The notes below the pieces were generated by a model. It was not told the origin of the DNA. It saw only the letters and a program-made list of their open reading frames with translations, and did not search any database. A DNA stretch of 64,000 nucleotides from Eledone cirrhosa (taxonomy: Eukaryota): assembly GCA_964016885.1 (NCBI GenBank), contig OZ024740.1, forward strand, positions 351,912,001 through 351,976,000, given 5' to 3'. The translations under genes were made by a program, and so were the position numbers. Below, one piece after another: positions 26,985 through 39,858 of the stretch. Each line of letters opens with the position of its first letter. Position 1 is the stretch's first letter.

Positions 26985-27930
26985 TACCCAGCCCACACTG
27001 TAAAGTGGCCATGTAGGTGTCATGACAAAAAGCACCCAGCCCCACTGTAAAGTGGCTATGTAGGTGTCATGAGAAAAAGCACCCAGCCCCACTGTAAAGT
27101 AGCCATGTAGGTGTCATGACAAAAAGCACCCAGCCCCACTGTAAAGTAGCCATGTAGGTGTCACGACAAAAAGCACCCATCCACACTGTAAAGTGGTCGT
27201 GTAGGTGTCATGACAAAAAGCACCCAGTCCCACTGTAAAGTAGCCATGTAGATGTCATGACAAAAGCACCCAGTCCCCACTGTAAAATGGCCATGTAGGT
27301 GTCATGACAAAAAGCATCCAGTCCCACTGTAAAGTAGCCATGTAGGTGTCATGACAAAAAAGCATCCAGTCCCACTGTAAAGTAGCCATGTAGGTGTCAT
27401 GACAAAAAAGCATCCAGTCCCACTGTAAAGTAGCCATGTAGGTGTCATGACAAAAAAGCACCCAGTCCCACTGTAAAGTAGCCATGTAGATGTCATGACA
27501 AAAAAGCACCCAGTCCCACTGTAAAGTAGCCATGTAGATGTCATGACAAAAAGCACCCAGTCCCCACTGTAAAGTGGGCATGTAGGTGTCATGACAAAAA
27601 GCACCCAGTCCCCACTGTAAAATAGCCATGTAGATGTCATGACAAAAAGCACCCAGTCCCCACTGTAAAGTGGCCATGTAGGTGTCATGACAAAAAGCAC
27701 CCAGCCCACACAGTAAAATGGTTGTGTATGTGTCACAACAAAAAGCACCCAGTACTCACTGTAAATGAGGTTGGCATTAGGAAGGGCAATCAGCCGCAGA
27801 ATCTAGGCCAAAATCAGTTCTCTATGTGTAAGACATGGTCACCTGACCTAGGCATTGCCCACAACAGGACAACTTATCTAACCCGTGTTAACGTAGAAAA
27901 ATGGACGTAAAACGGTGATGATGATGATGA
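26985..27930 (+). repeat. About 16 x 47-48 bp minisatellite expanded from the RTE 3' UTR internal repeat, followed by the rest of the tail and (GAT)n
   Basis: Unit CACCCAGTCCCACTGTAAAGTAGCCATGTAGGTGTCATGACAAAAAG matches 32683-32748; 27760-27930 is a normal RTE tail. Confidence 0.9.
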
Positions 27931-28079
27931 TAGAGATTTCAGGTGACTCCAGTTTAGAACTTACATAAACATAGATTTAGTCAATCACATCTGAACCCAT
28001 CTACACATCAACATATGTTTCACTTTTGTACACATACATGTAAAACTGCTATTCAGTAATGTAAGTATGTATCATCATA

Positions 28080-29047
<968 letters not shown>

Positions 29048-29239
29048 TCTAATCTACGAAGGTATTTTAGCCTACATATTGTCGTTAATATTATGATGTT
29101 CCCTGCTGTATTAGCGATAAATTTTCGAGGGTTTCTCTTAGTAGTTTTTCATGACGTTATTTTGTTAATTTTACTGATGTAGTATTAACTTGGATATTTA
29201 CCATGCGGTATTCTAATCCTATTGTATCTCTCTCAGTTA

Positions 29240-29505
29240 TTTACCATGCGACCCTCAGTTCCTACCTCACAATTTCCCTCCCCCTCCCCCCACACACCAC
29301 CATAGTCTATTCGACCAATCAAACCTAGCATGCCATTTCCACTGCTGCTGCTACTACCTGCCTAACTAACTCTCTCCTCCTCTGGCGCATCCCAACACAC
29401 CCTGCCATTACCCCACCACCACTGTTCTTCTAGCCCTCAATTTTCCCACCGTTATGGATGGATGAGCTGGGAATACACGAGCAACTCTGAATCAATAGAT
29501 GAAAT
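29240..29505 (+). mobile_element. Probable C-rich 5' UTR of the RTE element
   Basis: C-rich non-microsatellite sequence directly upstream of the ATG; the 5' boundary is uncertain. Confidence 0.45.
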
Positions 29506-32500
29506 ATGAATCTGCGAGCTACCAAGCACCCACGTGAAGCGCCAACCCAGAGACCCTCCCCTACGAGTGTCGACAAATGCCCAAAACTCCGAGTTGGTAC
29601 CATCAATGTAGGCTCAATGAAAGGAAGAGCAGGAGAAATCGTAGAAATGCTAGAGCGAAAGGAAGTTGATGTATGCTGTGTGCAAGAGACTAGATGGAGA
29701 GGAGAGTCTGCCAGAGTCCTTGTAGGAAAAAGCCAGTGCTACAAATTTTTCTGGGTGGGAAATGACGATGGGATGGGTGGTGTAGGTATACTATTAGCTG
29801 ACAAGTGGGTAGATAAAGTAATCTCAGTGTACAGGGTAAATGCAAGAATCATTAAACTCAGACTAGTCCTGAATAAGACAATTACCACAATAATATCAGC
29901 TTACGCACCCCAATCGGGGCTGCCAGACGAACTTAAGGATAGGTTTTACGAGTCCCTAATACACACTACTGCTCTAACAGACGACAAGGACTTCCTAATC
30001 ATTGCAGGAGATTTTAACGGACACGTAGGTAAACACTGCGACGGCTTCAATAGAGTACATGGAGGCCATGGAGTTGGCACAAGGAATGAGGAAGGATTCA
30101 GACTTCTAGAATTCTGCGACGCCAATGACATGTCGATATGTAACACAAACTTTAAAAAACCTGACAACCACCTGATCACCTATAGATCAGGGGAGCACTC
30201 TAGTCAGTTAGATTTTATCCTCATCAGAGGACGTGACAGATGGACGGTCGTAAACACAAAAGCCTTCCCTAGTGAGGAATGTACATCCCAACATAGCTTA
30301 GTTGTCAGCGACCTCACGGTCAGAACTAGACGAGCCCTGAAACAGAGGCCAACCTGGAGAAGAAAGATCTGGAAGCTGAAAGTCCCCTCAACCAGTAACA
30401 GATTTAAAGATATTTTACTCAACGCCTACGACAGTAAAGAAGAACAGATAGAGACATTTAACGTAGAAGAGAACTGGGAGTTCCTAAAAAATAACTTACT
30501 AGAGGCGACGGATGAGGTTTGTGGCTGGAGTAAGACCTCAAGGAGGAGAGTGACTTGGTGGTGGAACAATAAGGTAGATGAAGCAGTCAAGGCCAAGAGA
30601 CAGGCATGGAAAGAATGGAAGAACGGGGGGAGCAGGGTACATTACATAGAGACCAAGAGGGAAGCTAGGCGACAAGTATACTTAGCAGAGGATAGAAAAT
30701 TCAAGCATGTTTTACAACGTGAGGACCAGAAACAGGAGGTATTCAAGATTGCGAGGCAGTGTGTCAGAGATAGTTGTGATGTCATTGGAGAGAAGTGTAT
30801 CCGGAATGATAAAGGTGAGCTTGCCCTCACAAGTGCTGAGAAGAAAGATGCATGGAAGAGTCATTATGATAGATTACTAAATGAGGAGAATGCATGGGAA
30901 GAAGAGACCCTACCCCACGTAGACCCTATAGAGGGACCAGCAGTACAAGTCAGCGGCAGCGTAGTAAGTAAGGCAATCAGAGATATGAAGATAGGGAAGG
31001 CAACCGGTCCATCGGGTATAGCTGCCGAGATGCTGAAGGCATCTGGGTCTGTAGGTCACACTATAACCACACGTATCGTTAACCAGGTAATACTAGAGGG
31101 GGCCATACCAAAAGATTGGTGCAGTAGCATCATTGTCAACTGCTACAAAGGTAAAGGCGATGCACTAGATAGAGGAAACTATAGAGGTATAAAGTTGATG
31201 GACCAGGTCATGAAAGTAACAGAAAGAGTTATAGCACAGCTGATTAGGGACCGGGTGAATATAGACGAGATGCAATTTGGGTTTGTACCAGGGAAAGGCA
31301 CCACTGATGCCCTCTTCCTTGTGAGGCAATTACAGGAAAAGTACCTAGCTAAAAGTAAGCCACTCTACTTGGCATTTGTCGACCTTGAGAAAGCCTTTGA
31401 CAGAGTTCCACGTGCAGTAATCTGGTGGGCTCTTAGAAAACTAGGAGTAGATGAATGGCTTGTGAAAGCGGTACAAGCCATGTATAGGGGAGCAGTCAGC
31501 AAAGTTAGGATTGGCAATGAGTATAGCGAGGAATTTAGCGTACAGGTTGGGGTCCACCAGGGCTCTGTTCTTAGCCCTCTCCTGTTCATCATAGTCCTGC
31601 AGGCAATAACGGAGGAGTTTAAGACCGGATGCCCATGGGAACTCCTGTATGCTGATGACCTCGCACTCATAGCTGAATCTATGGTAGAACTAGAGAATAA
31701 ATTCCAAACCTGGAAGCAGGGACTAGAGAGAAAGGGCCTGAAAGTCAACATGACAAAGACTAAGGTCCTTATAAGTAGACGAGAAAACAGAACCCAGATC
31801 CCCTCAGGGAAATGGCCTTGCTCAGTATGTAGGAAAGGTGTAGGTAGGAACTCCATTCTCTGCCCCAAATGCAAACAATGGGTACACAAGAGATGTAGCG
31901 GGATCTCAGGAAGCTTAATTAAGAATGTAGGATTCACATGCAGCAGCTGTGCTGAAACAGCAAGCAAACAGCCACAGGAAACAAGTACCACCAATCTCTG
32001 GGAGGGCCCTGTAGAAACAGTAGACAGCTTCTGCTACCTAGGTGACTGAATTAGCAACGGAGGTGGGTGCTCAGAAAGTACAATAACTAGGGTAAGAACG
32101 GGATGGAAGAAGTTTAGGGAACTACTACCACTGCTAGCTGCAAAAGGCTTCTCCCTCAGAATGAAAGGCAGACTGTATGATGCGTGTATCCGAACAGCGA
32201 TGTTGCATGGTAGTGAGACCTGGGCGCTGAAGGTGGAAGACTTACGTAGATTAGAGAGAAACGAAGCCTGCATGCTCCGATGGATGTGTAACAGTAATAT
32301 ACGTGAACGACAAAGCATAAAGGAATTGAGAGAGAGACTGAGCATAAGAGGAATCAAATGCTGCGTGCAGGAGAGGCGGTTACGCTGGTATGGACATGTG
32401 ATGCGTATGAAGGATGACAGCTGCATAAAAAGGTGCAGAGCACTAGAAGTTGATGGAAACTGCGGAGTGGGGAGACCCAAGATGACTTGGGATGAGGTGA

Positions 32501-32580
32501 TAAAAGCCGACCTTACCCAACTACACCTCTCAAAGTCAATGACACACGACCGTGACTTCTGGCGTCACGCAGTAATATAG
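29506..32580 (+). mobile_element. RTE-clade non-LTR retrotransposon ORF (APE endonuclease + reverse transcriptase + inserted PHD-like finger), interrupted by an in-frame TGA at 32047-32049
   Basis: APE motifs GTINVG, VQETRW, SAYAPQ, AGDFNGHVG, LDFIL, SQHSLV; RT motifs [46 protein letters not shown]. The 32161-32580 ORF is in the same frame and carries RTE C-terminal motifs (HGSETW, RRLRWYGHV, GRPK..W). Confidence 0.95.
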
Positions 32581-32918
32581 GGTACCCGACCTCCCATGGG
32601 TACATGCTGAAGCATATAAACAATATGCCCCCCCCCCCCCCCCCACCGCAAGGTGGTCGTGGAGGTGCCACGGCAAAAAAGCACCCAGCCCACACTGTAA
32701 AGTGGACGTGTAGGCGCCACGAAAAAGCACCCAGCACTCACTGTAAATGAGGTTGGTGTTAGGAAGGGCATCCAGCTGTAGAAATCAAGCCAGATCAGTT
32801 CCTGTATGAGCAAGGCATGGTCAGCCGACCAGACACTGCCCACAACAGGACAACCCGTCTAACCCATGCTAGCGTGGAAGAACGGACGTAAAACGGTGAT
32901 GATGATGATGATGATGAT
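32581..32918 (+). mobile_element. RTE 3' UTR ending in a (GAT)n tail
   Basis: Follows the ORF, has about 2.5 copies of a 47-48 bp internal repeat and ends GGT(GAT)n before (TA)n. Nearly identical to 34495-34799. Confidence 0.9.
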
Positions 32919-33038
32919 ACATATATATATATACATATATATATATATACATATATATATACATATACATATATATATATACTTATATATATATACATAT
33001 ATATATATACATATATATATATACATATATATATATAC

Positions 33039-33069
<31 letters not shown>

Positions 33070-33334
33070 CATATATATACATATATATACATATATATAT
33101 ATACATATATATATATACATATATATATATATACATATATATATATACATATATATATATACATATATATATATACATATATATATATACATATATATAT
33201 ATACATATATATATATACATATATATACACATATATATACATATATATATACATATATATATACATATATATTACCTTCCAGTGTTCCACTACTATATAT
33301 ATATATGTATATATATATATACATATATATATAC

Positions 33335-33365
<31 letters not shown>

Positions 33366-33410
33366 CGTATACATATATATATACATACGTATACATATAT
33401 ATATACATAC
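32919..33410. repeat. Compound (TA)n-CA microsatellite between the two RTE copies
   Basis: Visible directly. Confidence 0.97.
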
Positions 33411-34799
33411 AGGAATTTAGCGTACAGGTTGGGGTCCACCAGGGCTCTGTTCTTAGCCCCTCCTGTTCATCATAGTCCTGCAGGCAATAATGGAGGAGTT
33501 TAAGACCGGATGCCCATGGGAACTCCTGTATGCTGATGACCTCGCACTTATAGCTGAATCTATGGTAGAACTAGAGAAGAAATTCCAAACTTGGAAGCAG
33601 GGACTAGAAAGAAAGGGTCTCAAAGTCAACATGACAAAGACTAAGGTCCTTGTAAGTAGACGAGAAAACAGAACCCAGATCCCTTCAGGGAAATGGCCTT
33701 GCTCAGTATGTAGGAAAGGTGTAGGTAGGAACTCCATTCTCTGCCCCAAATGCAAACAAAGGGTACACAAGAGATGTAGCGGGATCTCAGGAAGCTTAAT
33801 TAAGAATGTAGGCTTCACATGCAGCAGCTGTGCTGGGACAGCAAGCAGCAAACAGCCACAGGAAACAAGTACCACCAATCTCTGGGAGGGCTCTGTAGAA
33901 ACAGTAGACAGCTTCTGCTACCTAAGTGACCGAATTAGCAGCGGAGGTGGGTGTTCAGAAAGTACAATAACTAGGGTAAGAACGGGATGGAAGAAGTTTA
34001 GGGAACTACTACCACTGCTAGCTGCAAAAGGCTTCTCCCTCAAAATGAAAGGCAGACTGTATGATGCGTGTATCTGAACAGCGATGTTGCATGGTAGTGA
34101 GACCTGGGCGCTGAAGGTGGAGGACTTACATAGATTAGAGAGAAACGAAGCCTGCATGCTCCGATGGATGTGTAACAGTAATATACGCAAACGACAAAGC
34201 ATATATGAATTGAGAGAGAAACTGAGCATAAGAGGAATCAAATGATGTGTGCAGGAGAGACGGTTGCGCTGGTATGGACATGTTATGCGTATGAAGGCTG
34301 AGAGCTGCATAAAAAGGTGCAGAGCACTAGAAGTCGATGGAAACCGCGGAGTGGGGAGACCCAAGATGACCTGGGATGAGGTGATAAAAGCCGACCTTAC
34401 CCAATTACACCCCTCAAAGGTGATGACACACGACCGTGACGTCTGGCGTCACGCAGTAATACAGAGTACCCGACCTCCCATGGGTACAAGCTGAAGCATA
34501 TAGACAATATGCCCCCACACCCCCCACCGCAAGGTGGTCATGGAGGTGCCACGGCAAAAAAGCACCCAGCTCACACTGTAAAGTGGACGTGTAGGCGCCA
34601 CGAAAAAGCACCCAGCACTCACTGTAAATGAGTTTGGTGTTAGGAAGGGCTTCCAGCTGTAGAAATCAAGCCAAATCAGTTCCTGTATGAGCAAGGCATG
34701 GTCAGCCAACCAGACACTGCCCACAACAGGACAACCCGTCTAACCCATGCTAGCGTGGAAGAACGGGCGTAAAACGGTGATGATGATGATGATGATGAT
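33411..34799 (+). mobile_element. 5'-truncated second copy of the same RTE family (RT C-terminus, PHD-like finger, 3' UTR, (GAT)n)
   Basis: Aligns to 31529-32918 of copy 1; carries its own stops (TGA 34075-34077 and another near 34244). Confidence 0.95.
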
Positions 34800-34831
34800 A
34801 TATATATATACACATATATATATATATATAT

Positions 34832-34871
<40 letters not shown>

Positions 34872-35641
34872 CGTTTCTGAATTTGTTTAGCAAGATTCTT
34901 TATCTGAAAACGTGTGTTGAAACCGAAATTGTTATACTTTGGAAGGGTCAGACACCCGGATGTAACACATGCGCAAACTAAGCACACAACACACACACAA
35001 AAACAATATGGCATAGGACAGAACAAAGGAGAGGCACAAAAAACAAAGAAAAGAATCCCCAGTCACTGAAGAGGTCACAGAATGTGTGACGAAAGAACTT
35101 TGACAATACATGAACAATCGTCTGGTTGTGGAACCAACCAACCAACCGGAAATTTATAAATTCCTAAATTTATAAATTTATTATAATAAATTGAAGTGAA
35201 AGCAACTAGTGCGTGTGTTTCTTATTGGCAACATGACCCTCCCAAAGTATAACAATATATATATATACTTGACTATCACCCACAGCCTTCTTACAACTTT
35301 TTTTTTCAAACTCCGATGTTCCAACCTTTTCTCTCACTTTCTCCGAACTCTCCATTTTCGAAAGAATGACATGTCCGAAACGTCAAACACTCTTCTACTT
35401 CCTCCTAAGCGTGATACTAATAAGCTTTTGTGCTTTTGCATCTCTGTGCTTGCCTAGACATTTCATATATATAGCAATGATACACATACACAAGGTGCTT
35501 GTATGTGTGTATATATATATATATATTTGAGTTTGTGTGGGTTGCTTACTGACACTTGTGTATGCAGGTTAGAACATTCATATATTGCTGTGAATATGAA
35601 TAAACGAAGTTAATTTTAACTTGTTGACTTACACTTTTTGT

Positions 35642-35715
<74 letters not shown>

Positions 35716-36282
35716 AGCAGCATTGATGATAGCTGATGAGAAATGTATTATAATACAAAGTAAACACTATCTTGTAATTAGTTTTGTCTTCTGCAGTATC
35801 TTCTTTATTTAATCATTTGTCATTGCCAAGAGAATCACAACTATTACCATCTTCCCTGTTTAATTATTGTCCATTATTCAAGTCTGGAATCAACGAAGTA
35901 CATTTAGTTTTCTTTGCTGTCAGCTACTTTATTGTTCATTAATAATATCAAATAAGATGAAAACAAGAAAAATTACTTGTGATATTATACAGACAAGTCA
36001 AATTAATCTCTGACTTGTTTTATAGGTTCAAGACCCTCACATTAAGAACAAAAGTAATGTGTAGTTGTGATGATAATAATTCCGCCACCCTTCAGTCTCC
36101 CTGAGGGCATGAGACTATGGAAGTTGAAATGACTCAAAATTAAAATGGAAACCAAATTATGGGAAATCAGTTTGATGAGATCATAGTAAGAAACTGTCTG
36201 ATGAATTGACAGAATTGTTAACCCTTTCATTCAAATCAGAGACCTGGCCTGAATACTTTTGACAAACTTGTCTCTGATAAGG

Positions 36283-36417
36283 CCAATTTCACTCACAAGG
36301 CATTGGTCAACTCATGGCTATAGCAGAAGACACTTCCTCGAGGTGTCATACAGTGGGACTAAACCTGAAAACATGTGGTTGTGAAATGCACTCCTTAATC
36401 ATACAGCCATGCCTGCA
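36283..36417 (-). mobile_element. Second tRNA/CORE-type SINE family (also 26850-26970 minus, 37790-37900 plus)
   Basis: Minus strand GGCATGGCTGTATG...GGTTTAGTCCCACTG...AAGTGTCTTCTGCTATAGCC...CCTTGTGAGTG; recurrent in the window. Confidence 0.65.
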
Positions 36418-38106
36418 TCTATATATTGAAGATATTTTGTAATTTGTGTTAAATTAATGAACTAGTTAAATTCCTAAATACTAATTAATTGTTTCTACTT
36501 TTGGTACAAGGCCAGCCATTTCTCCCAGTGGATTACTGGTGCTTTATTTTATCAACCTTGTAAGGATGATGGCAAAGTTTACCTCGGCAGGATTTGAACT
36601 CAGAACGTAAAGGGCCGTAACTCTATGCTGCAAAGCATACTAATACTAATTAATTGTTTCTTCTTTTGGCACAAGGCCAGCAATTACCCCAGTGGATTAC
36701 TGGTGCTTTATTTTATCGACTCCATAAGGATGATAGCAAAGTTAACCTCCGAGGGATTTGAACTCAGAATGTAAAGGGCCATAACTCTATGCTGCAAAGC
36801 ATACTTATACTAATTAATATTCCTCAGTTATGAGATTAATAAGTGAAATATCTAATTTGATAGTGTTAAAGCAACTGATATGAGTGTAATCTAGACAGTA
36901 TAGACACACATTGAGAAATGCAGTTGGCTAAAAACACAAGAGATGGGTGAGCAGAAGAGTGTGTTGGCGGGGGAAGTATTGAGGAGCCAAAAGGAAGCAC
37001 ACTTATCTTATTTTTTTTTTTTTAATTTCTAAAGTAAACAGCTAAGCACAGCACCTACCTCCACCAAACAACCCCAACTTTGTAGCCACATAGCCATCTG
37101 GCAAATCAGCTGCCATGTCTTACTGAAAGTATTTTTAAGTTCTGTGTGTGTAATAAAAGAAAATGAAGGTTTTTAATGCCATACTTCTCTTTTCCATTTA
37201 TATATGGCAACACAAGAAACACATACACATGTATACATACACACACATGTATGCACACATACACATATACATGTATGCACACACACATGTATACACACAT
37301 ACACATGTATGCACATGTATGCACACTCACAACCCCATACACATGTACACATACACACATACATATACACACACACGTATGCACACACACACAAACGCAT
37401 AGACGTGTACACACACATGTATACACACATACACATGTATATATACACACGCACACGTACACACACACACACACACACACACATGTATGCACACACACAA
37501 ACCCATACATATGTATACACATGTATACACACATACACACAAACACATACATACACATAAACATGTACAAAAAGAAAACAAGGAGCCAACAGATGTACAG
37601 TCACACATAATTAACCACACACAGGTACATAACAAATAGAAAGAGAGAAATTCTGGAAATGTATCTGTCTCTGTTTTTCTAGTGACATATTTGTGTCAAT
37701 CTGGTTATAGTGTAATGCCTGTCTGCTCTTACAAATTCAAAGAAATAGTGAATGGTTGAATAGTTGAATATAAATTTCATGGATGCAACATGCCACAGTT
37801 ATGTTTTGGGGTCTTGGGAAAATGTATTTTACCAGAGCACTGGTTGACCCAAACCTCTTGAGTGGAATTGGGCAGATGGAAACAGTTTGTGGGACTGCCA
37901 GATGGACTGTACCTATAATAGTTTCTAATTTAGGCACAAGGGTAACAATTTTGGGAGAAAGGGAAAGTCGATTAAAATGACCTCAGTACATTACTGGTAC
38001 TTTATTTTATTGACCCCGTAATGATGAAAGGCAAAGCTGACATCAGCGGGATTTAATACAAAAGGTTAGCTTTGTCAAACACTTTCCAGCATGCTGAATC
38101 TTTCTG

Positions 38107-38885
38107 AAAACTATGTTAAGGATACACGTGTCCTTAACACAATGTAACAGACAGGCCATTCCATTGATTGGACAACTGGAATACTCAGCATTAAAACTAT
38201 GTTAAGGATACACGTGTCCTTAACACAATGTAACACACAGGCCATTCCATTGATTGGACAACTGGAATACTCAGCATTAAAACTATGTTAAGGATACACG
38301 TGTCCTTAACACGATGTAACACACAGGCCATTCCATTGATTGGACAACTGGAATACTCAGCATTAAAACTATGTTAAGGATACACGTGTCCTTAACACGA
38401 TGTAACACACAGGCCATTCCATTGATTGGACAACTGGAATACTCAGCATTAAAACTATGTTAAGGATACACGTGTCCTTAACACAATGTAACACACAGGC
38501 CATTCCATTGATTGGACAACTGGAATACTCAGCATTAAAACTATGTTAAGGATACACGTGTCCTTAACACGATGTAACACACAGGCCATTCCATTGATTG
38601 GACAACTGGAATACTCAGCATTAAAACTATGTTAAGGATACACGTGTCCTTAACACGATGTAACACACAGGCCATTCCATTGATTGGACAACTGGAATAC
38701 TCAGCATTAAAACTATGTTAAGGATACACGTGTCCTTAACACGATGTAACACACAGGCCATTCCATTGATTGGACAACTGGAATACTCAGCATTAAAACT
38801 ATGTTAAGGATACACGTGTCCTTAACACAATGTAACACACAGGCCATTCCATTGATTGGACAACTGGAATACTCAGCATTAAAAC
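38107..38885. repeat. 9 x 86-bp near-perfect minisatellite with two hairpins per unit
   Basis: Unit starts at 38111, 38197, 38283, 38369, 38455, 38541, 38627, 38713 and 38799; one recurrent A/G variant plus one change in unit 1. Confidence 0.97.
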
Positions 38886-39399
38886 CAACAAAATATTCAT
38901 CACACACACAAGCACGCATATATATATATATATATATATATAGTTAGAGAAGCAAAAAATTGCTTATTGTGATCCAGTTCTTGGTTAAGAATTTAGAATA
39001 TTTGAAAATTTGGACTGTGAACAACAATTATAATTGAGTGGCTGCTATTTGCAGTATAGCAATATAAGGTTGCACTTACCAATGAAATGGTCGTAAATAC
39101 CTGCATAAAATCCTTCTCTTAATGCTTACCTGTGTTTTCTCTTTTATATATATATATCATCAATCATTATCGTTTAACATCTATCTCCCAAACTAGTATG
39201 GGTTAGACGGGTTTGTCCCATTTAAAGACAAGTTGGGTCGGGTGACCGTGTCTTGCTCATATAGGACTGTTTCTGGCTGGTTTTCTGCGGCTGGATGCCC
39301 TTCCTAACGCCAACAACATTTACAGTGTGTGTTGTGTGCTTTTTGTTGTGACACCACATGACCACTTTACATTGTGGGCTGATGTTTTGTGGTACCAAC

Positions 39400-39434
<35 letters not shown>

Positions 39435-39623
39435 TGATAATGATATATATATTTGTGTGTGTATATATATATATATATCATCATTCATCATTTCATTTTA
39501 CATCCGCTTTTTCCCTGCTTGCAAGGGTGGGACGGGAACTGATTTTTGGCTTGATTTCTACAGCTGGATGCCCTTCCTAACACCAACCTCATTTACAGTG
39601 AGTGCTGGGTGCTTTTTTGCCAT

Positions 39624-39664
<41 letters not shown>

Positions 39665-39731
39665 TGATAATGATGAAGATATATATATATATATATATAT
39701 TTGTGTGTGTATATATATATATATATATATT

Positions 39732-39765
<34 letters not shown>

Positions 39766-39800
39766 ATCATGATAATGATGAAGATATATATATATATATT

Positions 39801-39858
<58 letters not shown>

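Noticed and set aside
27255-27748. Repetitive 140-148 aa ORFs
   Set aside because: Product of a 48-bp (16-codon) minisatellite from a non-coding LINE tail.
29050-29505. HDV-like ribozyme, known from some RTE 5' UTRs
   Set aside because: I could not identify the nested double-pseudoknot by eye; needs an RNArobo/Infernal search.
31365-32480. Antisense ORFs of 209 and 148 aa (and equivalents in copy 2)
   Set aside because: Shadows of the RTE coding strand with no motifs.
38107-38885. CRISPR-like look (palindromic repeat at a fixed period)
   Set aside because: The would-be spacers are identical, there are no cas genes, and the context is eukaryotic. It also lacks CUGANGA and GAAA in hammerhead order, so it is not a ribozyme satellite.
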